From Rhina ancylostomus (Eukaryota): DNA of 64,000 bases. Made by a program: the position numbers and the translations under genes. Position 1 is the stretch's first letter. The number at the start of each line of letters is the position of its first letter. The notes beneath the pieces were generated by a model. That model was given only the letters and a program-made list of their open reading frames with translations. It had not been told where the DNA came from and did not search any database. Shown here piece by piece: positions 37,190 through 49,510 of this stretch. The stretch spans positions 74,904,285 to 74,968,284 of the forward strand of contig JARFYF010000074.1 of NCBI GenBank assembly GCA_030265395.1, in the 5' to 3' direction.

Positions 37190-37585
37190 AGCTGTGGCTC
37201 AGTGCTCAATTGGTAGCACTGTTTCATTGAGTCAGAAGGCTTCAGTTCCACTAAAGGGTCTTGAGCAAATACTTCAGTGAAGTAATGAGGGAGTGCTTAA
37301 CTGTTGGAAGTGCCACCTTTAGATGAGATGTTGTGTGGCAGCCCCGTTTGCTCGCGGGTGTTATTGTGCTGTTTCAAATAAGGACGGGAGGAGTTACCTC
37401 CTGAGAAGTGCTGCTCCTTTGGTCAACGTGACCTGATTATGTGCCATCATTACATTGTTTCTTTTGGGATCACGATGTGTGCAAATCAGTGGCAACAGTT
37501 CTTAAATTACAACAGAGACTACACTTAAGTATTTTTTGTTTGTAAAATATTTTGGGACCTGCAAAGCACTTTGTAATTTTTTTTT
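37190..37585 (+). mobile_element. DeuSINE (SacSINE1-like), near full length, old
   Basis: tRNA-like head gtggctcagt...ggtagcact...tgagtcagaagg; Deu-like core gagggagtgct...tgccacctttagatgagatgtt; tail tgtgtgcaaat...acaacagagactacactt. Confidence 0.7.
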
Positions 37586-38018
37586 CTTGATGGCCTATTG
37601 ACTGCTGCCATAGTGTCAAATGGAAGTAAAGAAATTGTTTAACTTCGTAGTCCTGCTTGTGAATTGCTGCCAACGTGTCATGTAGTCATTTACTGTCAGG
37701 AATGTTGTCCTCTTGCTCTGATGGTGAGGGGATCCTTCCCTTTCGTGTTGTGCTTATGCTGGTGCGTTACATGTGACATTGGAATNNNNNNNNNNNNNNN
37801 NNNNNNNNNNNNNNNNNNNNNNNNNNNNNNNNNNNNNNNNNNNNNNNNNNNNNNNNNNNNNNNNNNNNNNNNNNNNNNNNNNNNNNNNNNNNNNNNNNNN
37901 NNNNNNNNNNNNNNNNNNNNNNNNNNNNNNNNNNNNNNNNNNNNNNNNNNNNNNNNNNNNNNNNNNNNNNNNNNNNNNNNNNNNNNNNNNNNNNNNNNNN
38001 NNNNNNNNNNNNNNNNNN

Positions 38019-38137
38019 CCAATGATGGAGCATCCGCAACCCTCGGGGCTGAGGATTACAGAGATTCACCATCCTCTGTGAGAAGAAGGGTGGCGCATCT
38101 CCTCATAAAATACACTGAACTTCTGGACCATTTGCCT
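38019..38137 (-). repeat. Inverted copy of 27161-27279, abutting an N gap
   Basis: Same peptide in the ORF track (NDGASATLGAEDYRDSPSSVRRRVA[N/H]LLIKYTELLDHLP) on opposite strands. Confidence 0.95.
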
Positions 38138-38850
38138 ATTAAATTTTAGGGAATAATTTGTGCAGAAAATTTGTGATCATAACAAGGTGGTGACAATGAG
38201 AGTGAGGTCCTTAAGCTCGGCACCAGAATTAGATGGATTGACTTTTTGCAACTTTAATGAAATGATGCCTTCCCAGACACTTTACAGCAAAAGGCATTCC
38301 AAATTGGCTGTTGACTGGTTTTGGTTTAAATTTACAGAATTTTTTGTTTTGCATTACTATAATGTGTGGTGTTGATGGATATTTGTAGCAACAGATCTTG
38401 CACTTTGTATAGCAATGGGTTGCATTTAAGTGACACTGCATGAGCTGTACTTGTCGATATGTTTCTTCAATCTGTAGTGTCGTAGAACATAGAACAGTAC
38501 GGGTCCTTTTGGCCCATGATGTTGTGCCGAACTATGTGAACACCTCCTCCGTGATCAATCTAACCTTTCCCTCCGGCACAGCCCTTACCGTTCCATTTTT
38601 CTTTCTTCCATGTGCCTATATAAGTCCCTATTGTATCAGCCTCTACAACCACACACCCCTGGCAGTGTGTTCCAGGCACCCACCACTCTGTATATATAAA
38701 AAAAACTACCTCTGACATCTTCCCTGAACATTCCTCCTCTGATCTTAAACAGATGTCCTCTGGTATTGGCTGTTGCCACTCTGGGGAAAAGGTGCTGCCT
38801 GTCCACTCTATCTCTGCCATCAGAATCTTATACACCTATCAAGTCACCTC

Positions 38851-39357
38851 TCATCCTGCGTCACTCCAAAGAGAAAAGCCCAGCTCGCTCAACCTTTCCT
38901 TACAACACATGTTCTCTAATCCAGGCAGCATCCTGGTAAATCTCCTCTGCACCCTCTCTAAAGCTTCCATTTCCTTCCTGTAAAGAGGTGACCAGAACTG
39001 AACACAATAATCCAAGTGTGGTTTAATGAACGTTTTACAGAGCTGCAACATTACCTGGTGGCTCTTGAACTCAATCCCCCGACTAATGAAGGCCAGCACA
39101 CCATATGCCTTCTTAACCACCCTATCAACCTGCGCAGCAATTTTGAGGAATCTTTGGACTTGGACTCCAAGATCTCTCTGTTCCTCCAAACTGCTTAGAA
39201 TCCTGCCATTAACTATGTACTCTGCATTCAAGTTCATTCTTCCAAAGTGTATCACTTCACACTTTTCTGGATTGAACTCCATCTGCCACTTCTCTGCCCA
39301 GCTCTGCATCCTGTCTATATCCTGTAGTAATCTACAACAACCTTCTACACTATCCAC
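38851..39357 (-). pseudogene. CR1 ORF2 reverse-transcriptase C-terminal fragment
   Basis: KWQMEFNPEKCEVIHFGR...KPHLDYCVQFWSPLYRKEMEALERVQRRFTRMLPGL. Confidence 0.9.
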
Positions 39358-40365
39358 AATCCCTCAAACCTTCGTGTCATCTGTAAACGTACTAACCCAT
39401 CCCTTCACTTCCTCATCGAAGTCATTTATAAAAATCACAAACAGCAGGGCTCCCAGAACAGATCCCTGTGGAACACTATGAGTCACCCACTTCCAGGCAG
39501 AATATTCTCAATCTGCTACCACCCTCTGCCTTCTGAAGGCAAGTCAATTCTGAATCCACGCAGCCAAGTCTCCATGGATCCCATGCCTCATGACTTTCTG
39601 GATGAGCCTACCGTGGGGAACCTTGTCAGACGCTTTACCAAAGTCTGTACACACTACATCCACCACTCTACTTTCATCTATTTGTTTTGTCAACTCCTTG
39701 AAAGACTCAGTTAGGCTCACGAGGCACAATTTGGCCCTCTCAAAGCCATGCTAACTATCCCAAATAAGACCATGCTTCTCCAAATGCTCATAAATCCTGT
39801 CCCTAAGAATCCTCTCAAATAGCTTGCCCACCACTGATGAAAGACTCACTGGTCTGTAATTCCCAGGATTATCCCTATTACCTTTCTTGAACAAGGGAAT
39901 GACGTTAGTCATCCTCCAATCCTCTAGTACCATTCCTGTGGCCAGGAAGGATGCAAAAATCATCATCAACGCCCCACCAATCTCTTCTCTCGCCTCCCAT
40001 ATATCCTGGGGTATATCCTGTCCAGTTCCGGTGACTTATCTAATCCGTAGAACATCAAGCAGCCTGTCCTGCCCTTGCAACAGCCAAGTCTCTTATCGTG
40101 GCCACATTGTAATTCCACATACTGACCCTTGCTCTGAGTTCATTATCCTTAATGTTTATTAAAGACACTTCAACCCATCCAACTGACTACATTTATGACC
40201 TATCCACTGTCTTTCCTTCCTCACCGCATAATGTCTCTCCGCATCATGCATCTACCTTTACACTAACTGCTCCATCGTCTGACCTGACACTCTAGTTCCC
40301 ACCCCCTGCCAACCTAGTTTAAATCCTCCCCAACGGCTCCAGCAAACCTGCCCACAAGGACATTT

Positions 40366-40415
40366 GTCCCTCTCAAGTTAAGGTGTAACGGTCCCTCTCA
40401 AGTTAAGGTGTAACT
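40366..40415 (+). repeat. 25-bp tandem duplication inside CR1
   Basis: gtccctctcaagttaaggtgtaac(g/t) twice, followed by gtccc. Confidence 0.95.
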
Positions 40416-41497
40416 GTCCCTTTTGTACAAGTCATATCTGCCCCAGAAGAGAACCCGATGACCCTCAGATCTGAAACCCTGCCTCCTGCACCAACTCATC
40501 AGGCATGCATTCATCTGTCATATCTTCCTATTCTTACCCTCAGCTCAATTTTTGGTTTGTGATAGAAGTAATAACACTAATAAATGTGTGATTAATTGCA
40601 TTAATTTAAGGAGAACTCTGAAGATCACAGTTGTTGCAAATTAGGTTCAAAGTAATTATGAAAACTCTGAATCACGTTCTTGCAACCACCTACTGCTAAT
40701 GGTATTTGATATCAATGCACACATTTTTCATTTTATTATTTTTCTCATTCACTGGAATTTTGCCACAATTGACAAAAACAAATCCAACGTACGCTGAGAA
40801 AAGGGTGAAAGGACTATTTAGATGATCTGAGAGGACAGCTTCTCATTGCTTGGTTGTGTCTCAAGTATGAGAAGGAGAAGGCATTTTTAAGTTCTGATTT
40901 TTTTAAATGCATATTTACTCTTCGTAACTTAGCCATATTTTGAATAGTCACTCTTCACAGTATCTGCAGTACAAGTGTTTTAAACTGTGGAGTGGAAGAT
41001 CCTTGTAAAAATCTTACGTTTTGGATTCCCAAATGTTCAGTGAAATCCCACATTTGGATTGGTTTGCTTTGAAAGTGAAGGAGATCAAAAGGGGAGGAGA
41101 ATCAGGAATGAATTCCTTGCTGATTCTGGCTATTCTTTTTGGAAACAAGAAATCATGAGTGGCTTGTGGTTCTGGTAAAATTAGAATGNNNNNNNNNNNN
41201 NNNNNNNNNNNNNNNNNNNNNNNNNNNNNNNNNNNNNNNNNNNNNNNNNNNNNNNNNNNNNNNNNNNNNNNNNNNNNNNNNNNNNNNNNNNNNNNNNNNN
41301 NNNNNNNNNNNNNNNNNNNNNNNNNNNNNNNNNNNNNNNNNNNNNNNNNNNNNNNNNNNNNNNNNNNNNNNNNNNNNNNNNNNNNNNNNNNNNNNNNNNN
41401 NNNNNNNNNNNNNNNNNNNNNNNNNNNNNNNNNNNNNNNNNNNNNNNNNNNNNNNNNNNNNNNNNNNNNNNNNNNNNNNNNNNNNNNNNNNNNNNNN

Positions 41498-41570
41498 TTC
41501 TCTCCACCTTTTCAAACTGGCTATCTCCCATCCATCTTTGTCCAGATGAAGAGTCTCGACCTGAACACTT
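41498..41570 (+). mobile_element. PLE-derived repeat end with hammerhead-like motif
   Basis: ctggctatctccc...gtccagatgaagagtctcgacctgaac. Confidence 0.65.
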
Positions 41571-42689
41571 TAAAGTTTGGCACAGCCAACTCCAGTGTAG
41601 AATGTGATGGCCCTTGGTGAGAATGCATACATAATGCAGAAAAGAATATGTCCATGGAGCCTATTCTGAAAAACTTTAAACAATGGTATAATGTTCCTTG
41701 ATAAATAAAATGCTCCTTTGCAGAGGTTGGCTTTAATCTGTTGGAGAGGATTTTGGACGTGTTGAATAACCATTTATTTCAAGAAAATTTGAGATTTTTG
41801 TTTCCCTGTTAAAGAGTTTATTGATGATAATGCCATTTTACTTTCACCAGTAGATGATCAAGGAAGAGACGGATGATGAGTACTTTGGTAGTTGTGCCTT
41901 TTACCCTGTGATCTAACTGCAGGATGACTGTGGTACACATCCGATCAACCTATGATTGTCTGAAAGAATGTGCAGCATGATCTTTGGAAAGCTGACAAAA
42001 TAACTTTTTGTACTCAGTGATTTGTTGGGGAGTATAGTAATATGGCACTCTTGACTAAATGGGTTGATGCATTGAATGAATCCTTACTCATGGTGTTTTT
42101 GATGGTTCCTGCAGTAAATGTGTATTGCAATTCTCCTGGATATTAGGTTGTTGGATGTTCACATGGCACATGGTGTTTACTGCTCACTGTATACAGGATA
42201 GTTATCAGGTTTGTGTGTCAAGAATTTCTCCTGTAATGATGTGTTTGGTCATGTTTTTGGATAATTCCATGGATGTACTTACCTTATGAAGCAATTTCTT
42301 GATGTATTGGATAGTTCTCTCTCAAGTGTGTGCCATGTTACGACATATTGGGGAAACTCTGCAATGATCAACTGGACAGTTTCCCTAATGTGCTGTTTTG
42401 TGTAATTCCTCAGTAATGGTACATTGAATTATTTCTTGGTAACAGATGACACGAGGTGTTTATTGAACAATTCCCTATTTGCATGTGTTGCAGGTTGCAC
42501 TTTGTCAGAGTTGTATCTGTGTTATGCAGAGAGCAGATGACTTCTAATGTTGGCTGTTAATGTAATGTGGCAACCAATTTGTGAAAAGCAAAATATAACC
42601 ACAGATATCATCATATATTTTAACAGTGATAGCGTTAAAGGTTAATATTGGTCAGCATGTTATGGAGCATGGAAACGCATAAGGAACAA

Positions 42690-44480
42690 GAACAAATAGT
42701 TGCAAAGGTTGTTGTAGACTTCAATCATAGCCCATAAAGAAATGCATGATGAGAACATGGAATGACGAGTTGCAGAAAACATATCCTGTCAATATGCTTG
42801 GTACCTGTGAGGACAATGATCAAGAATGTCAAAGGGATGGCCAGAACACTGACCATGATACCATAGAGTCCACCTTTGGGGAAAGTTGGAAAGGAAGCAT
42901 AATATGGGACAGCCTATGTTTTTGGGGAAGGCAGAGCAAGATCGGGAACCTGGCATGGTATTTTGCATACCTGGTGCCAGAGCAAAGGATGCTATGAATT
43001 CTTTTGAAGGGACGGGGGAAGAATTGAGGATCCAGTCAGAGTGGGTCATGTAGGGACCAATAAAGCAGGAAGGAAAGGTCAAAACATTCTGCTTGGAGGG
43101 GGTCAGATGATAAGCTAAATGAAAGAAGACCTCAAAGATGATAATCAATGGATTAGTACCTGATTGGTATGGAAACTGGCATNNNNNNNNNNCATTGCAA
43201 TGAGCAGGTTAGCAGGGTGAAGATTTGGCAGAAGGAATGGCACCAGGAGGCGGCACTCATTTCATGGGGCACTGGATGAAGGAACGCTGACTTGGTGGAT
43301 GTGCTCCAGATGATCAGACAAGGAACAGGGCAGCCAAGAGGGCTTTATTAAATTTGGGGGAAAAGCTGAGGGGAAGGAAGTTGCGTTAGTGGTTCTGAAA
43401 CACGTGAAGGGGAAGAAGCTGGATAATAAAGTTATGCTGTTGGTATTAAGAGAAAGGGGGGAAAGATGTAAAGTGATTAAGCTAAGAAAGAGAAAGAAGA
43501 AATGTGTGTGTAAAAAAAACAGAGCAGAGAGATGTCTGGCCCAAATAAGCATTCCTTATACAAAAGATGACTTGCAGGCTCAAGTTTCAACTTGGAAGCT
43601 ATGTCTTTGTGGCCATTAATGAAATATGGATGGAAAACATCAGGGTCTCAGAATGAAATGTACCAGGTTATAAAGCTACAGAAAAGGTAAATGACAAAGG
43701 TGATTGGGGCTTAATGATTATAGATTGAATCTCTCTATATTTAGTGATGTTATAAGAGGGAAGAGGTTTATGGACAGACTTTGGTTGCTTTACACAAATT
43801 TCCCTGGAGACAGCTTTTAAGTAGTTGGATGCATAAATGCAGGATTAAACAAATAGAGAGCAAACACTGATAATTTTAATCGGGAGTATTGGCACTCATC
43901 TAGATTGGGAGAAGCAGATGAGCTCATGTCTGAGAGTTGGTGAACTACTTCTACATATTAAGGATAGTTTCCTGCAATAATATGTATTAGAAGCAATAAC
44001 CAGGCAAGGAATATTAGATTTTAGTAAGGAGTAATGAGCCAGATTTAGTTAACAGTCTAACTGTGCGTGAACATTTTATCTAATAGTGATCATAATATGA
44101 CGGAGCTCAGTGGAGTGTTTGAGAAGCAGAAATGCAAAACCGTGTTAAGTTGTTACATCTACAAAATGCATATTTCAATGAGATGGAAACTCTCCATGGT
44201 GATGTTGTTAAGTGTGATAATTGGAAAAGTGACAAAAGATCAGAGAAAAGTGTTGAAGAAATATTTAGGAAATACTTCTACATTCAAAAGGTGATAAAGG
44301 TTTGTAACTATCTCCTGAACACCAACTGATTTTAGGTCAGTTGTTAATTTTATTTCTGTGTTTCAGAGGATATTATTATAAGATATGGGACAAAGCCAAG
44401 TGCATGGAATTAGGACGCAGATCAGTTGTGACCTCAATGGTGGTAGAGCCTCCAGGGGATAAATGACCTACTCCCTTTTG
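42690..44480 (+). mobile_element. Ancient CR1 LINE retaining ORF1 esterase, endonuclease and 3' tail remnants
   Basis: Decayed GDS...PGA...VGHVGTN (SGNH/GDSL-like ORF1, about 42900-43070), D.LQAQVSTW...VAINEIW (APE start, about 43560-43640), and a CR1 tail at about 44380-44480. Confidence 0.65.
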
Positions 44481-44739
44481 CTGTCTTCTAATGATTTCAG
44501 ACAACCACCCTAAAAGTAGAAAATTTTCTGCCCTTTCTGAAGTACATCATTATTAATGTTGCATTCCTCAACAATCAGCTTGAGTGGCAATTTAAATAAT
44601 TTAAAGCACTACCATGAAATTTGAGCTCAGAATTTTGAGATAAGTAACCTATCAATTCAGTGAAGCTGACAGTTTGGGACAATAAATTATCCTGTGCCCA
44701 GGTAATGATATCTTTATTGAAGTGATAATAGTGATTTTC

Positions 44740-46400
44740 ACCTTTTGATGCTTGGGCGGTATCCCAAGGAGCAGATCACCCACCGGTCACGGTTCTCCTC
44801 TTCCACTGATTCCCTTGGGTATATCGGTTGGTGAAATTCACAGAGCACAGTTAGCAATGCTCTTACAATCCAAGGGGGAAGGTAAAACTCCCACTCTGTC
44901 CCCTTGCCACCTCGTTGGAAGCCATTCCCTTTCACTGAATAAACAATCTTTGGAGTATCAAAGCCAAAATGAAACCGAGCATGGAAGAGCCCAGTCCTGT
45001 TTATTTTTTATATATCCTCAACCATTTTGATATGGAGTTATTGGGAAATAAAAACAAACATAAATGTTGGCTGTGGTAATTGAGTGGGAGTCTCTCGTAC
45101 CCTGGTGTGATCGGATTCCTTGCTTCAGAGGTTGACCTGGACCAGCAGATAAAGCTTGCGGTGTTCTGCTTGGCGTGTGCCCTTCGCTTCGGGTTCTGTG
45201 CTCGCTGAGCGCCGGATTAGTTGGAGTGACAACCTCGAGCAAAGGCATGGAGAGTTGTGACGCCAGACATCCAGCAGCCGCACAGTAAATGCGGCGACGG
45301 TCACGTTCGGCATGCCCACCGAGTTTAACTTGAATCATGCCAGAGAGTGGCTGCTAGAATTCAAATAGACTTTCTGGCTCCCACCAGCTGGCTGTAATAG
45401 AATGCTCTCAGCAAAATGACAGATGCAGGGCCAGGATGCCGCTTCGCACTATCCTAATTTGTTTCGGCAGCCAACTTAGGAGCGTGATGGAGTGACGGCA
45501 TGAGCAGCTGGCATGGAAGGTAAGATTGCAAGGCAATTGCATCATTATAAACATAATTAGAAAATGACCACGACATGACATATGTTGGAATGGGTTGGAT
45601 TGACGGGAAAGATTTGTTGCTAGGATTCCCAAGAGTGCGACGAACAAACACTTGCATTGAATATATGTTTCTTCTGATTGTATTTTAAAAGGAGCATTTA
45701 ATATTAGCTGGAAAGCTCCCTTAGAAAGTACAGGCTAGCTTCCTTTTGTGAATAAAACGAGCTCGGGGTGCGGGAAGATGCATGAAGTGAGAGTTGTGAC
45801 GCTGTCATTTTTATTGACACTGTAGCTTATGTTTTGAGCTTACCTAACAGTGGCTACGCGTTTCTCTGCGGCTACCTGCCCCTATCAATAGAGAGGCACT
45901 CTCGTCTCCTCCAGGCTCCGACTTTGCCCACGGATCCGCGAGTTCTTCCAGCCGTCCGACTCCGCACACAATCCGCCCGGGCTTGCATCCCAGTGCTCTC
46001 AATCGGTTGTTCTCGTTCTGTGTTAGTCCCTGGTTTATTTTCGGCTCTGTTGAACTAATAGAACGTCGCCAATTGCAGAATTAATGCACCGGTGCGACCG
46101 CGCTGTCTTTGGCCAGGAATGATGTCAATTTCCCTTCCAGAATTGCGGGAGCTTATTCTTAAAACACAAGGGGAAACGATAGTGCTATCAAAATGCTGCT
46201 GGTAACTGATGGGCGTTAGTATCCAGTTTTCGAAGGGGAAAATGCTACTTTCCGAATAAAAATCCAATTGTTGATCCATTCCATTAAGGGGCGACTGATT
46301 TATTTTTGTACAAAGGTTTTCCAAGTCGACCACTGATATGAATCCCGCAGCAACTGGGTGGAGGTCGTGGGGGATGGCACAGCAGAGTGGAAAATGGGGC
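44740..46400. promoter_or_regulatory. Second CpG-enriched unique region (enhancer or alternative promoter candidate)
   Basis: Many CpG and CGCG sites at 45110-45330 and 45850-46110 in non-repeat sequence. No convincing ORF. Minus-strand donor TAG|gtaagc at about 45843. Confidence 0.45.
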
Positions 46401-48399
46401 AAATGAATTCTGCAAATGGCAGCAGATGTACTTAAGTTGTCAATTGGATTTGAAATATATGCTTTGACTTGAGGCTGAATAATAAAACTTATTCTTCTAT
46501 CACTTACTAAAATGATTCCCTGTGCATGACATTAATCAAAAACTTCACTTTATTTGTGTTTTTGGTTTTAAGAAGCAGAACCACCACTATTATTTCTGAT
46601 ATCGGTTGTATAATGTGTGGCTTCTTCACTCTGCAAATGAATACAGTAATCGACATGAGGAAAATTCACTCTGTTTTCTCTTTACATGTGATGTTTTCGT
46701 GGTTCGACATTCATCTTTTAGCAAAACACTGTGAGCCTTTTGGTTTCTGAAGGAACCTAGCATGCCATCGGTAATCTTTGATACTGTATCTCCACAGCAA
46801 GAAAACATTTTACTACCGTACACATTGTATGTGCTGCTGCATGAGTTTCAGATGCAGAGGTGGCTCAACATCGGATTTCCACTCGTGTTAATCTCTACTC
46901 CCGTTTTTGAACTGTAATCTGTCATTTTCTATCATCAATATCAGATAATGCTGAGGGATTTTGGAAGTGAGCATTGGCATTAGTGTAATCCTTGTTAATC
47001 TTTACAATTTATATTCTGGAGCTGCATTGTGGATAGAAACAGTTAATTAGGCTGTTTAACTGCCTCAAAAAGATATTTGCGTGACACTACTTGCTGTCCA
47101 GGCTTTACTTCCATCTTGGAAAGATCCATTGTGGTGATGACAATGACTTTTCTATCTTGATGCAAGTTTGGGATTGTTTTCAGAATCCACCTTTGAAATC
47201 TTTTCAGGTTTGAAGATGTATTATTGTATAAATTATTCAGGTCGTCTTTGCAGAAGCAAAGAGAGTGAAGCAATATGCAGTCAAGGAACATGTTATCTGA
47301 AGAGTTCAAGGGGGTACAGCAAAACTGAACCACTTGAATTTGTCAGAGTTAACAAAGGATAATGAACATGTCCTTTTTAAAAATAATTGTCTTTACATTG
47401 GGATTTCGGTTTGTAATTAGATTGGTCGATGCTGAGGGCTATCTTACCATGAAGACCGTCTACCATTTGCAGAGTTCTCTTGAAGGCAGTTCTTCAACTT
47501 CTGTGCTGTGGGCCTTGCCTCATTACTCACATTGTTAGCAGCTTTGAGCATCAGTCCATTAAAAGAAATATAGCCCTCAGTTACCTTAATATCCTTTTTC
47601 ATAACCACCATTCACCACTGTCAACAAAAGTAAGAAAAGTCTTTTTACTATATTAGTGAGTTCCCCATAGGCATAATTGACTGGCATTTAGTCATTCAGG
47701 AAGCAGGTAACAATTAAAATAATGCATGTAATTATGCACTCTGAGGATTACATTTGACATCATTGTTTACAGGGAAACGCATGGTTTAGTTCTTGAAAAG
47801 CAATTGACAATTAATCCTTTCTATATGTTTTGATGTAGTCGTGGTTGACGATAGCTGCATGACACCATTCTCCAGCTGAAAACCTCTGCAAAAAGGGATG
47901 CAGGCAGATCCCAGCCAAGGCAATACTTCAGATGGTTGTTGGAGGCGTCCTTGTAACACGCTGCCGAGAAGTTGTGCCAAATTATAACAACAAATATTGT
48001 TAGCTACTGCGACTTTGCCATAGACATTAATTAGCAACCTGCTAGTAGACAGACTGTACAAACCATTGCATCCAAGACATGTATGTATGGGTTTGTGGCC
48101 GAGTTCTTTTAGTGACCTTTAATTCTGGTTATCACTTATATTGGGCAAGTTTGAGAAATAGAGAGCTACTGTCTGCTTGATTGCTTGATCTGGTTGACCT
48201 TAACTGAGACCAGTTTCTTCTGTTCACTTCTCTTGGGAGCACATGAATCTTTTTTCTTTACATCAGTGATAAGCAAAGCACAAAGTATATTAAAATAAAA
48301 ATTCTTCTGCTGCTTGATATGTATATATCCTGCAAATCTTCCCTGTTACTTTTTCTCTTAATTTTTTCCCCAGTGACTCTGTTATCAGTTGACTGTTGA

Positions 48400-49510
48400 C
48401 GCCTTCATTGACAAGGCCAGCCTTTATTATTCACCCCGAGCTGCCATTCATTATTCATATCAAAGTGATCGCAGACCTTGAACCATGCACCATTGTAATC
48501 TATCTGGTGTAGGATTCACAATGCTGTTGGATGAAAAGTTTCTTGGTTTTNNNNNNNNNNNNNNNNNNNNNNNNNNNNNNNNNNNNNNNNNNNNNNNNNN
48601 NNNNNNNNNNNNNNNNNNNNNNNNNNNNNNNNNNNNNNNNNNNNNNNNNNGTCCACAGAAAATGACAAATGGCAACAAATATTTAAGCCAAGGTTCTATA
48701 TGATGGCATTCCCATGCACATGTTAGAGGTTGTATCAGGGCCAGTGCTATTAAAGAAGCCTTGGTGATTTGCTACAAGCGTCCTGAATGTAACATTTACC
48801 GCAGCCTTGCTACACTGGATGTTTCGGCTGGATTAAAGGCCAACAGACCAGACCAGACCATTGTCCAGAATGTTATCAAGCTTCTTCAGTGTTCCAGCTA
48901 CAACCACTTAAGGTGCTAGAGAGTACTTCAACATGCTATTCAATGAGTTCATCAGAGGTGGTGGGTAGGTTCTGGTGGTCAAAGAGTCAGACATTGTGCA
49001 CATACTATTTCTCATCTGTTCAAATGATGTTTCATTTTTATTGGTCTGTTTGAGTTTCTGGTTGGTGATGATGTCCAGGGTGCTGTTGGTGGGGCATAGA
49101 TGATAGAAATTGCATTTAATATCTGTGAAAGGTGTTGAATTAGATTGTTTGTCACAAAAAGAACAAAAAAAAATGTTGATGCTGGATATCTGAAATCAAG
49201 ACACAAAATGCTGGAAATAGGAAATCAGGATGCGTCTGTGGTGAGAGAAACCAAATTGAAAGTAGTGGAAAGGTTGACCTGAAGCTTGAAATTTGTTTCT
49301 CTCTCCACAGATGTTGCTTGGCGTGCTTAGTATTTTGAGCATTTACTGTTTTGATTGGAGATGGTCGCTGCCTTGCAACTGTGTGCTCTGATTATTCCAT
49401 CTCAGGAGCCCAAGCCTGGGTGTTCTTCAGGTCTTATTGCAGCTATGGAATGCATGATTATCTGACCAAATAGTGCTGAACACCGCAGTTATCAGCCACT
49501 GCCACTTTAT
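48400..49510 (-). mobile_element. Second LINE family (CR1/L2 group), 3' region, interrupted by a PLE-derived hairpin
   Basis: Reverse-complement similarity to 2384-2687 and 62700-62935; the similarity resumes at ggagatggtcgctgcc (about 49357). Confidence 0.6.
49155..49355. mobile_element. PLE-derived palindromic short element
   Basis: Left arm aaaatgctggaaata...tctgtggtgagagaaac is inverted relative to right arm gtttctctctccacaga...tattttgagcattt. Confidence 0.65.

Larger units (their letters stand above)
38485..40540 (-). mobile_element. CR1 (HER1-like) LINE, best-preserved copy: RT, 3' tail and ORF1-end remnant, internally deleted
   Basis: EDWRMTNVIPLFKKGNRDNPGNYRPVSLSSVVGK, VDVVCTDFGKASDKVPHGRL and the 168-aa ORF at 38851-39357. 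In-frame stops are present. Confidence 0.95.
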
